A stretch of DNA of 64,000 bases from Balanoglossus misakiensis (taxonomy: Eukaryota; Animalia; Hemichordata). The stretch spans positions 7,524,059-7,588,058 of the forward strand of contig CM082581.2 of NCBI GenBank assembly GCA_040954595.2. The letters run 5' to 3'. A program made the position numbers and the translations under genes. How positions within the stretch are numbered: the first letter of the stretch is position 1; each line of letters starts with the position of its first letter. Under the pieces are notes generated by a model. It searched no databases. It saw only the letters and a program-made list of their open reading frames with translations, and was not told where the DNA came from. This document shows, piece after piece, positions 36,501-49,045 of the stretch.

Positions 36501-38669
36501 CAGAAAGATAGACCATACATCAACAACCACTGGCCACCAATGGTTTCCTGAATTATTAATCACATCCACATACAGACTACCTTTTTGCATGTAGTCTGCA
36601 AATATTCAAAACCCAGCCTTTCCTGTGAACACACATGTACAGTGGGGCGTGAAAATTCTACCTTTCAGGATCTGTATCAAAACTATCAAACGCACATCAA
36701 TTCAGTACCAGTCAGCTGTGACAATTGCTAATCAAGATTGCGTGCAAATGCCTCGTTCAGAAATGAACTTGTGGGCATTTCGCCTTTGTGCACTTGTTCC
36801 CAGCAGAATGAAGTCTAACAATGAAAAACTAAATACATAGGTTAATGAGATGGAGACCAGATCATCATCTTGGTTTATGAGGAAACATTTTATTTTCCTT
36901 CTGAACGCAACAGTCAGCCAATGAAAAGGTGTACAACAAATACAAGACAAGGACTATTCACTATTTTTATAATGGTTAATTTTTTTTTGCCATTTTTAGT
37001 TGTTGCTGAGATCAACAGGTCAACACTCTTTTGTACATGCTAGACCATCAGCAAGAAAACGGCCGGCATACACCAAAGACCTGATGCAAAAACTGAAATA
37101 AGTTGACTTTTGTGGCATATGTCAACCATTAACAGTGTCTTCACTTGACTGGTGTATTCACTGTGGCAAAAACTTAAAGCCAACTGTTCCTTTAAGAATC
37201 AATGAACACAACTCAAACTGGAAGGTTCCAGCAATACCATGACAACGATACCACCTGATATTTTCACAGCGGCCAGCCCACTGCACTAAAAAGAAACAGA
37301 ATTATGCTGTGTAAGCTTTGGGGATAAATAATCCAGTAGGAAAAGACAGAAGGAAAGGCTTACAAGCGCTTATAAGTACACGCGCGTGCACTAATATGGA
37401 AATGCATGGACAGCAAACTGAAACTTGAAAGGGGTTCCTGCAAAAGCTCAGGTGGTCATCGCGGCATACCATCATAAAACTTACAACAGAAGTAAAAGAA
37501 AGCGAGTCTATTCAGGTTTTAAATCCATCTTTGTAATGTCTATCGTCCCTGCTGTCGATAAACCTCGCGAGGTTCATAAACCATTCAGTATAAGCATATT
37601 CTCAGATTTTGTTCGCCTTTCCATCGCATTCATCAATATTTACCGAATGATATCATATTTATTTCCCCGGGAGTCCACGTAAACAACGCGCTTGACTCGT
37701 GTCTCAGAGGGTCAAATTGAATATTTTTCAGAAAATTTACCTGAGTCTATAACCCTTTGAGAATGCAGACACTTGTGAGACGTGTACAAGATCACGGTGT
37801 GAGTCAACCAACCTTTCCACATAGGTATCCCTCATCCGCTCACCGCAAGACTGCCATGCGGCAGTGCAATGAAGATACATGGTGTTTTTAAAAATGCATT
37901 TCCCCCGTCATTTATTTTGCATTCAGGAAAGGAAGACTGCCATTTTTGGGTAATGGGTCCGCACACGCAGGTAATGCATACGGTATTATTGAAAGTCACC
38001 GAAGTGCTTGGCGGAAAAAAGCATCCTCATCGCCGTGATCGCTTCAATTTTAAGCGGGGTTGATTCTGATTTCATTCTCTTTAAACATTGCGTCAAGAAG
38101 ACCAATCTGCCTAATATCACATTAATTATTTCCCAATTTGTTCCATTCTAAGTAGGAAGGAATAAACCGTACTTGTTACTATTTCACGAACATGGACTGA
38201 CAAAGACAATTTTGGATATGGCTGGCTGGTTATGTTTTTCACTTCCTACATATAAAGTACTTCCTCTGTGAATCTCTGAATACTGAAAAGTTTCCTCCTG
38301 TTGCACACCGAGAATTGCGACAATTTGCAAGCTTTATTCATTCACTCATGTATGATCGAGTGGAAGTGCAGGGATAAAAAAAAAAATTATGATTGAAGGA
38401 CTTAAGAGTGAGTGGTGGGCGAGCGGGCAGGGTTGGAGGGCTGGAGGGAAGGTTTTTCGCTAACAACGCCGCTTTGTAAAATCTTAAATTGCTGCAAATG
38501 ACCATACCGTCTCACAACAATGAAAAAGTCGAAAACATTTTACAGCACTGCAGTTTAGCTCAACCAATCTTTCGTAACCTTCCACAAGCAATTTCATTTC
38601 TCAATGACTCTTTCCAGGAGTGGCCTACAAATTCCACGACTTGCCCCGAGCACAGGAACCCTGGGTAAT

Positions 38670-38703
38670 GATATGGTACGGCCTTCTATAGATTTCACAC
38701 TTC
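38670..38703. repeat. 34-bp dispersed direct repeat; second copy at 41399-41432
   Basis: GATATGGTACGGCCTTCTATAG[A/G]TTTCACACTTC, one mismatch between copies. Confidence 0.85.
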
Positions 38704-41489
38704 TCGGTAAATTAGGCCCCGCAAACATGTACGTCATGTAAATTACAAACAATTGACGCAAGTCTGTAATTACTACCATTCATGATTCAGACAAGCAAAA
38801 TCCCAACATGTTGACTTACAAGTTACAAGGTTACTCTTACTTTCAAAACTTGCTCTCAAATGATAACCATGGGTTAGCAGACATTGGAGAAACTGTAGCC
38901 TTATGACCTTTGACCCTAATTCATCCCCCAAGATCAAATATTCCAAATATTGCCCAAATCAACTTGAACACCAGTCAACTTTGCTTCATAATATGACAAA
39001 CCTGAGACAAAAAGAATTAATTTCATGCAAGACTTATTCCAATGGTTCATTTTTGTTACATCTCTCTAAAACAGGAAGTACATTTGTCATCTATCGTCAT
39101 GACTGCAAATGAATCAACATTTATCGAGTGGTGTGAAACACCTACAGGAATTACAATTACACTTACAATTACCATGGGCCACACTGGCATGTTTGTGCAA
39201 TTAGACAAATTCAGCAAAAGAGAGAGAAAGAAAAGTATACACTGAAGAGGCCAGGTTAAATAATGATATTCTCCCAAACACTTAAACTCATGAAGAAATA
39301 AAAGAACGACTTATTTATTCTCGGTCATTAAATTAAATTTCTCTCACTTGATCTCTGTGAACTGTGCGAATTTGCAAATTGCAGACACTTTGTATTCCGG
39401 CTGCCTCGCCCCTGTAGCAGGCGATTGAAACTGAAGATTATTATCTATTCCACTCAAGTAGGGCAAGACCCTCGGCCTGGAAAAGGTTTCTATTTTTCGT
39501 TCCTCGAATTCAAACATCCAAGAAGGCATGAAGAAGGTGATACTGATAATGTACGTGAACAGAGATCGATGCACTTAGTGTCTGTGGCTCAGTCAAATAC
39601 ATGGCTTTGTTGGTTGACCCAATGGCAGACTGCCGTTAAGTATATATGTATTGTGTACACTATTGGTAGACGGCTGAACTGTGGCAGATAAGAGGCAAAA
39701 TTACGAGTCAGGGGACATAATACATGGCAAAGGAACAGTAAATAGGCCCTGTCGCAGCACGAGGGAAAAGCGTTCGGGTAACAGGCAAGAATATTAATCA
39801 TGGTATAAATACGCCGAGCCAAAATAATATATAACGACACCTTTAATAATGCCTGGTTGTCGACGGTACTACATTTTGGTACTTATTGCCTGTTCGCTGT
39901 CGGGGGAAATTTTTTTCTTTCTTCGCAGTCGTGCTATGAACTAGTAGATATTCCACCGGGACAAATGACTGACTGTTGACAATTACTGGCATAAATAACT
40001 CGGACTGTAATTCTCTTCAGACGCCTGGTGCGAACTACAGTTGCCGCGCACGCCAGCAATAAAAAGTGGAAAGCTAAATGGATTTGCATTCAAAGGGAAA
40101 AAAAGCGGTGTTCGCGAGTGTTGAAGGCCTCCCAGCTAAATGGTGACAAACAATTCCCCGGCTATACCACTCCTTTATGCAGCCAGTCTAAATTAATCAT
40201 TAAAAACGGCATGAAGATGTCGTCGAGGTGCATGAAAATAAAGGAATCAATATTGCTGGGCAGTGCGGTGATGGATCTGCTCCGATAGGCAAGTTCTTAT
40301 TACCAGCCACTAAGGAAGTCATAAAATAGGGTCTATGAAAAGTCGGTGTTAACACAACTCTCCAGAGGGTACCTTGCCTACCCATTTTTATTCTCCGCTT
40401 GTACACCTTAATTTCTTCCTAACACCAACAACCGTTGATGAGTGAGCATGCCTTCTGTGTTCCGCTGCTCGTAACTGTTTTTTCAAAGATTACATTTAAC
40501 TGTTTAGTCCATCAACTCAAAGTGGAATGTACCATGCCGGCGCTTATGGAGGACATATCTTGTCGGGTTGGACTTCGACATATTTCTAATACATACGAGA
40601 ATATTACATCACAGCTACAGAGTCGTACAGTACACCACACAAAAGCTCCATCCCATTAAACTTTACCATTAATATTTAATAGCCATATTCCCACCCACAG
40701 CTCTGGTTTACCCGTTTTTATTTTCAATGGTTGAGGTTAACCTAATGCTACATATGAGGTGATAAGGGGTTTTCTCTCAAACTGTAGTTTTATCTACTGG
40801 CCTTTACGTATATACCGTATGGGCACGAGTGTACACATCTGTGCTGTGTTTTTAATCCGACCATTTTCCAGGAAAGTTGAGCTTTCACTGTGAGTAACAT
40901 TGCATTTTTTGTAAAAACAACAACCACCAAACAATAACCTAAGCCCATCTAAAGGAGTATTTCATTTTTTCATGACCTTATGGTTGGATACATTAAATGG
41001 AAGAGGCTGTAGGTTTTAGTCAAATTTTCCAAGCATGTTTGCTAAAAGATTGCACATACTGACTTCAGTCAGCCATATCACAGTCTTGCAATTCAGACAG
41101 GTTGCAGTTGCAGATTCTGTGTACTGAATCAGGACAGAGGCTTATCAATTATCCACAGCCAGTTTGCAGGAAATAGCAAAGTTTAATGAATACTTAGTAG
41201 TAGACAAAGGGGGCTTATCCATATCAATGGATTGTCATGCACGGGGGAAAAAACTTGATTCGGTCAGGTCACCAACAGGTCGACCATCATCACTCCACTG
41301 ATTTTTATACACCACAATGAACAATGTGAATTCCAACATGTATGTTGTAAATTTTGAAAAAGTCCTGCCAAAATTTGAGCCAGAGGAGTGATAGTGTGGA
41401 TATGGTACGGCCTTCTATAGGTTTCACACTTCCACTGGCAAAAGTGTATTAAACTTTTTAAATTCTAAAACCGTTACTATAAAAGCGAG

Positions 41490-41571
41490 TTAAGCATTTC
41501 AAGTTCTACAATCTGAATTATAAAAACCTTATTCAAACTCTAAATCTTTCCAAAAACTTCTCGAGGTGATA
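41490..41571. repeat. Inverted copy of the 9725-9806 repeat
   Basis: 81 of 82 bases match the reverse complement of 9725-9806. Confidence 0.85.
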
Positions 41572-44500
41572 GATGTTCATGTACACAAGTACTTGCATGT
41601 TTGCAGGGGTCATGGACTCCTCATCCATCTGGCATAACAGAATGTTTACAAATGAGCTCATTTGAATACATGCCACACACACACCTCAGAGCCTGCAGTC
41701 CTTGTCTAAACCAATTCTGGGGGACTTGCAGATCGAGCTAGTATCCGAAGGAACTACACTTGCTGCATGGTCAACTAATCAGGCCCCTGAACATGACACT
41801 AATAGTTCTCGATCTTTTTTTTTCTTCTTTTCGGAATAATCACTTTTCTAACAAGGTCTTCTTGAGTCATTCACCCTACAGTGTACAAAGATTGACACAA
41901 AATTAACCAAGCTCAAAAGGACACTGGCGTATAATTACGTTATCATCAACTCGGAACGTATTCACAAACACGGACTATGTACATGTACAACACCCTGGTA
42001 TGCTTTACATTCAAGCACTACTGTATGCCCAACACGACCGGCATAAACCGCACCAAATTTGCACAGATTCACAAGGTAACACTGGTTTTCAAAGAGATAT
42101 GACCTCCAGGAGTGGGGAGTGGTCGGACGAAAAAAACAACAACACCTGAACAGGGCACCAGCAACTCCTGGGTACCCAGTTCCTTGCATTATACATTATA
42201 ACGGAGGGATATACTTAGGCGTGCCAATCAATCTTCCATAGAAACTACCTGTTAGAAGTAATCATTGTGTTTAATGGATCACGTTCTTTCTTGATTTCTT
42301 CTCCTCGCCATCTCCGGGGACCACAGATAAAACCTCTATATATTCTATAGAGGATGATGGATGTCTTATTGATGCGCCTTTCAAATTAACTTGGGCTGTC
42401 TCGCTGGCGTTGAATACCAAGTGCCGCACTTCGGGCAACAGACTTCCTTGGCAGTTTTTTCTGCAGACTTGCCCCCGAGCCTCAGTGGGTGGGAGAAATA
42501 TGCAAATGCGCGAGCGGACATGGTAATGCTCGCATCGCCCAGGCGACCAAGCCCAGCCCAGTCCCACAAGAGAACTTCTGCCCCCACCTTGCAAATTACC
42601 GCCGTTTTCACACACATCGGCTTCCTTTAATTTGATACACATAACGACTTCCACATCAAATATTCATAACGCAATAGTGGGGAAAACCTAGCATTAATCA
42701 AAATTTTCCATTGTAATTTATGAAGGGGAAATGATTACTTTTTTTTTACATCTTTATGTATTTCTGACAAAAGCGCAATCATGAACAGATTTTTAACCCT
42801 TGATTTCACAAAAGCACAGAATTGTTCCAGTGTAAAAAATGTCGCGGTTGGACCTATTCACAGCAAATTGGGAGTGACAGGGTCTGAAGGTGTATGTATA
42901 ATAACCGAACAAAAGCATATCTATCACTCTAGATTAAGACAATCACCTTCGCTCTCAAAGCGCCAGACTGTGAGACCAGAAATCAATGATTTCAATTACT
43001 TGCAGCCCGTTCCAACAAAAAAGAAATTAGCCCCATCCCGGTTTGGCTGCAACAACTGGCTTCTGTCTGGAAACTGCCAGCTATTGTTATCATTCTGGTC
43101 ACTTCACCGCATTGATTAATCTGTCACAGTTCTGTTGCCTTGCATCCACAGCCGGACTCCCACAGTGTACACTCATTTGCATACAAATCCAGACACATGC
43201 TCTCATTTGAATAACAAATGACACATTAACATTTCATCAATACCGTCCAACAGACTCATTAACAAGTGAGCAAAACCAGCTTCTGATGCAGAATGTGTTG
43301 TGAAACTTCACGCAGTACCTTCACAAATGATGGGGGGGGGGGGGGGGAGAGAGAGAGAGGGGGGAGAAATCTTTCTCATTCTCACATAATCCTAGATTTC
43401 ACTGACAGATTCATTCCCTGGCAACCAGATCTCTGGAGCTTCCTCCTGGTATTCGATTGAAATGATAGCATTGGCAATATTGACGCATGGCTAATATATT
43501 TCCTTCGACATCTGCCTGATATCAACCATTCACGTCTCTGGAGTTCCTCTATATTCCTGAAGCAGCCGACAACACTGCTGGCTTTCAGCGCCAAATATTA
43601 CAAGTGTAATCGCCCCGGCTATTGTTGTGACGTCTGTTTGCCTATCTCCCGTATCCGCGCAGAATTAAACTCACTAACCAGAGGTGTTGTTTCTTAATGC
43701 GCGTCTGTCGATCTGCATTACTCCTTGCAGCGGGTACAATTCGGTTGTCTCACCGATGGCGTTTCGGGCGTATTAGGGCCAAATAACACGCGAGGAAATT
43801 TGTGTTTCTAAAGCTTTTCCTGTTCACTTTGATGGATGATGTGGATTACCTTGTCCACCAAATATGTTTGCAGATGTAATAAATCTAGCCGCCCTCTGTA
43901 AATGCGCCCCATGTTTCAGGATAAACTGCCCGGTGGAAACAAAGTCGTTGTAACACATTCGGTAATACTGATGCAAGTTGCCTGAATTTCAATTTAGGTA
44001 TCAGTACGTCCACCTGTATAATTCTGAATCCCCCCTGCACAAGATCATGAATTAGCATTTTGGGGATGGACTTTTAAGTTAGACATATGTAAAGCATCTA
44101 CCCCCAAGTTGTACAAGTGCTAATAAAAGAAGAAGCATGCAAGCCCACGTCGATACAGAGATCACAAGGAAATAATCGATACACAATGGAATTTATTTTC
44201 TTCATTTCTGGGATCTTCCTTACAGTTCAACTAAGTTCAGGCAAGAATCTGGCATGATTCCAGTATTTTTAACAATGGGGTCAGTCTTAAGGAGCCTACT
44301 CCGCCCACTCTCAAACTCTTCTTAGCTATGCGTAATTCGTCATGGCAATCAGTCGCCAGACGACCGACCTCACACATACAATATCAAACATAACGCGATA
44401 AATAAGAAAGCTCCATTAATTTGGAATTTGAACACGGTACATCCGTCATCCATATTTTTAAGGGCAGGGAGGGCTCGGGGCGGGGAAGGTTGACGTCTCT

Positions 44501-46930
44501 GCGAGTACACACCTATATGTACATTGGTGTGTCAGCGGTCGGCTTGTGATCTGAGAGTGTAACAGGCATTAATACGACCGGGTTTGTGTCTCGCAGCAGT
44601 TCCCACTGATGACTACCAATTTTCCCATTTAGCTTGTGAGATGCTGAGGTCACTAATGGAATCTCTTTCGCAAACAGCGGTAATTTTTTTTTTACCGTAC
44701 ATTTGGCCAGAGGATAAAAACCAGGCGAGAGGAGTTCAGTTCATCTCCTTTTCAAGTCTCATTTGACACCGATGTTTGTTATCAACTGTAGTTGAATACA
44801 CTGTGTACACACAGAATGTGAAAATTGGTACAATTTTTTTTTCTTTCGGCGGATATTCTCAGCATGACTCCCAGCTGTACACACTGAGAATTTGCTTTTC
44901 TAAAAGCCCCGCTTCTGCGATAAAGGAAAATGGCTTATCCTGAGCGAACCCCATCGGATGTTGATGAGAAATATCAAATTTTCTTGTCAGAAGTCTCACT
45001 GGTAGCACTTTGAGTCTGGGTGATTAAATCCTAGTATGGCTTTTTTTATGCGATTACAGCCATCATATGACGCTTGGAAAAATAGAAATATTCCCTCTCC
45101 TCTCAAGAACATAGCATACACCTGGATGAAAACGAAAATCAACATCCAATATGACAATATACGCTTAGTTAATTCAATAATTTGCCCTGTATTCAAATTG
45201 AAGTAAATTTAAACATCATATTCTGGGATCGCATAATGGTCATAAAAAGTCTGCAAAATTGCTCCAGTACACATACTCATGCTTTACAAGACATTTCTAC
45301 CAATCTCGGCATTTAACCCTGACAAAAAAATATTAATACAAAAAAAAAGCCTTCAGAAGTATTACCAGTAGATACTTCGCAATGTCAAAGCAGCTACATT
45401 GAAGATGACCCAATCCTATTCCCATATGTCACAGAAACAAGAGTTTAATGCACACTTACAGGGTCATTCACAGACTTTCATTTCTCTAAAGAGTTTTACC
45501 TCGAGGGTAGTCAGTGTGTGATCATTAAAGAATACCGATTCTGTTTTATTTTAAACTTCAACACACACCATAATTTGTAAAAAGTAATGTATGTCTAACT
45601 CGCACTGTCTTTGTGTATAAGAGGTTGTGATGTCTGAAGGGTCATCCACCGTAAAGTCAAACACCACTGTCAATATAATTTAGAATCGTAAAAAAAGGGT
45701 GGATGTGTCAGAGAATTACTCCATTCTGTCTGTATGATTAGATTTCTGGGGTCATCAATACTCTCCCATGTTGACCCAGACAGACCTTGGTATATGAATG
45801 TGTTAGCATACAAACACCAGTGGATGACGACAGGGTGACAGTGATAAGAATTGACAATAGATGTGTCTTTTTTTTCCTCCCGCGCACTCTAAGTCACCAC
45901 TCCATCACCAGCGATATTGTGTTTAAAAAGACACCAAGCAGTGTGACAGACAATCCCCATATCTGCAATTATCTAAACAGGTAACCGACTCAACAAATGT
46001 TTGGCGAGCCACGCCGCCATGGTTAAGTTCATTCCGGGTTGCATTTTTTTTCCCCTTCCCGGGAAACTGATTAAAATGATAATACATTCTGTCTGCGACG
46101 ACGGCACAAACATGCATACAATGACCCAACGGAGAAAAACGGACAAAAGAAAAAACGGACAATCGTTGTCTGTGAACGTTACCTGGGCAAAACAGAGTCC
46201 TACCACTGTGGAACAGGTACATGCAACGTGTACCCCAGCACCTTTCCCAGATCTTCCAACTGAAGGCTGGCCGAAGACACTGGCGGGAGATTTTCCGATC
46301 GGAGACAGAAAACGCGGCGACACAACAAGCGAGAGTCCAAGTCCAGACGGTTGATGGCTTAGTGGTTACAAGACTGGGAGGTCGGACATCAACATAATGA
46401 CCGCCGGACTTGACTTTGTATTCAGATCATACACCACCAGTGACACTATCAGTGATTAACAATTATATGGAGGTAGGACGGGCTCCCGAGAATGATTTAC
46501 CACCACCCTGTTGTGTTTATTACTTCAAGAAAGAAAAAACACTCCATAATTTACCTTGTTTTATCATTGGGCGCTTTTTATTTGACCTCGTTCATGGTAC
46601 AGACAGGTCATCGAGCAGTGTGAAGCAGAGGATATGGCCTGATGATTTTTTTCCCAAAGAATATCGCCACCTATGTCAACAAGGCTTCACTGCAGTGCGG
46701 ATTCAGAAGGAACAGTGACAACATAGAGTCGGCTCTGAAGCATGTCCAGTTCAAAATCATCATTATGCCAACATGTACTGTATGTGACAGAAGCCATATG
46801 CAGGAAACCTTCTGTTTTACTCCAAACAAGTTTGACACTTTCACTTCTTCGCAAGCAAACTAACATACATTTGAAACCCCAAAAAATGAACAGACAGACA
46901 TATATTTACAACAAATATTTCCAAATATAA

Positions 46931-48414
46931 TTAAAGCTGCGAGCAGCATTGTCGGGCCCAAGCGCTGATCTTGAATTATATATGCACAGTATCAATGAGA
47001 AGAAACAGAATTTTCTATTGGATGTATTATCTCATGACATAACAAGGATGTGTGTATTTTTGCTGCTGAAATAGGGTGAAGTAGGTCAAAGGTCACCTGA
47101 GGTCACCCAACATTTGGGCAATTTTTTTGACCCATACTGGTCCATGTCCAACAAAAACCAAAACTCTAGCTCTATTGGTTCGCCTGTAATTAGGTATGTG
47201 CATATTTAATGAGGTCAGCAGGTGTCACAGGTGACCCAAAAATGTGGCTTTACATTTTGGTCCCATCCTACCAAATGCCTTGGTTGTATCTGCTCTGGAT
47301 GCTGAGATATGCGAAAGTAGGTCAAAGGTCACCAGAGGTCACCCAACATTTGGGCAAAAAAATTTGATCCCATACTGGTCCATGTCCAACAAAAACCAAA
47401 CCTCTAGCTCTATTGGTTCGCCTGTAATTAGCTATGCACATAATTAATGAGGTCAGCAGAGGTCAAAGGGGTCATGAAAAGTAGCAAAATATTTTGATCA
47501 CACACTAATCCACATTCATCAAAAGCCAAATGTCTAGCCCTATAGGTTAGCCTGGAATTAGATATGCAGAAATAATAACGCGTGATAAGTAGGTCAAAGG
47601 TCATGTGAAAAATCGCCAAAAAATTGTAACATATTTTAGTCACATGACGATTGATATCCATAAAAAGAATTTGTATGCTATCAATTTTTGGACTAGAAAA
47701 AGGAATTTCAATTTTTCACTGCTTTTTACAAAATCCAATATGGCCGCCATAATCTTCGACCAATCACAATGCTCTTTGCAAATTTGATAGACATCAGTGT
47801 AGTGACCATACTCCCCGAATCTTGCGACTCAGTCATCGACCGTTCTGGAGAATAAGATTTTTGGAGTTTAACTATGGTTTTTCGAAAATCCAATATGGCC
47901 GCCATAATCTTCGACCAATCACAATGATCTTCGCAAACTTGATAGACATCAGTTAGGTGACCACATACCCCAAACCGCGTGTCTCGGTTATCACCGGTTC
48001 TGGAGAAGAAGATTTTTGAAATTTAAGCCAGATTTCAGGAAAAAAATTGTAGCAAAAAAACTGCAACTTTTACAGCATAATTTCCGATTACAAAAATGAT
48101 GGGCAGAAGGTAGTCTACCTGCATGCCAAATTTGAAGTCGATCTGACTTGTAGTTTCTGAGATCTGAGATTTGCATTTTTTCAGAAAATCCAATATGGCC
48201 GCCAGGTCACGTGACTAATTAAGTATTCACAAGTCACTGCACATCTACTCATTGACCTTGACCACTGTAGCAAGTTTGAGAAGTGTACCTGCAGTAGTTT
48301 CAGAGATCTCGTTGGCCGAAGAATTGACACAAGAATAAAGAAAGAAAGAAAGAAAGAAAGAAAAATTCCAACGAAACCAATAGGGCCCAAGCGCTTGCTT
48401 GCGCTTGGGCCCTA
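46931..48414 (+). mobile_element. Helentron-like non-autonomous element, apparently complete
   Basis: Starts TTAAAGCTGCGAGCAGCATTGTCGGGCCCAAGCGC. Contains ~2.5 diverged copies of the ~239-bp unit (47070-47605), a second internal repeat (AAAATCCAATATGGCCGCC at ~47730, ~47886, ~48185) and (AAAG)n at 48337-48363. Ends in the hairpin TAGGGCCCAAGCGC-TTGCTT-GCGCTTGGGCCCTA (48381-48414), whose arm repeats the 5' GGGCCCAAGCGC. Confidence 0.75.
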
Positions 48415-48729
48415 AAAATTGGCTCGGACACCTCAGAAAGGACACCTCTAAGTCAGTAAAAATGATTGTGGGAAACAACATTTAATATTTTAACAGTATT
48501 ACTCGGTGGTTTTCATAATGCCATAAAAAACGCAGTACCTGAGACAAGCCTGCGAGGTGGTCTCCCAGTATATGTTGAATTTCAAATTTTCAACAATTGT
48601 AGAGCCCACGTTTAATTCCATCCATCAGGGTTTTCTGAGCTGCAAATCCTTGGGGAGAAAAGAGTAATCTTATTTTTTCTAGGTCCACATATGGCAGCGT
48701 TTTCCGCACATTGAATATTTCATGATAGC

Positions 48730-49045
48730 ATCACCGTGTTTGTACTAGTCGTCGCGGAAGCGCGCATGAGCTCGGGAAATGTGCAGCCAAACTTCCCCCC
48801 AGTTAATACTCCTCAACTTGGCGTATTAGTCAAATTGGACGAGACAAACGACTTGTTGAAGCGGTCGGGCCGCCGTGACAAGCCGCGAACAATTGCAGCG
48901 GAGGTCGGGCAATAACGCAGTGCCGTGCGTTTCCTGCGCGGGCAATCCCACGAGCAGCAGTGGCTGATCAAAGCGACCCGTTCCAGAGCTAATGGCATTA
49001 GGGAAGGACTTTTTTTCCCCTCCGTCTAAAACATGGCGTGCAACA
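48730..49045. promoter_or_regulatory. CpG-rich patch; possible alternative CtBP promoter or enhancer
   Basis: Locally CpG-dense, with ETS-like CGGAAG, NRF1-like GCGCATG (~48756-48769) and YY1-like AACATGGCG (~49030). No transcript evidence. Confidence 0.25.

Noticed and set aside
46352-46390. tRNA A-box-like TGGCTTAGTGGTTA (a similar stretch lies near 15165)
   Set aside because: No B-box or cloverleaf follows; at most a decayed SINE head.
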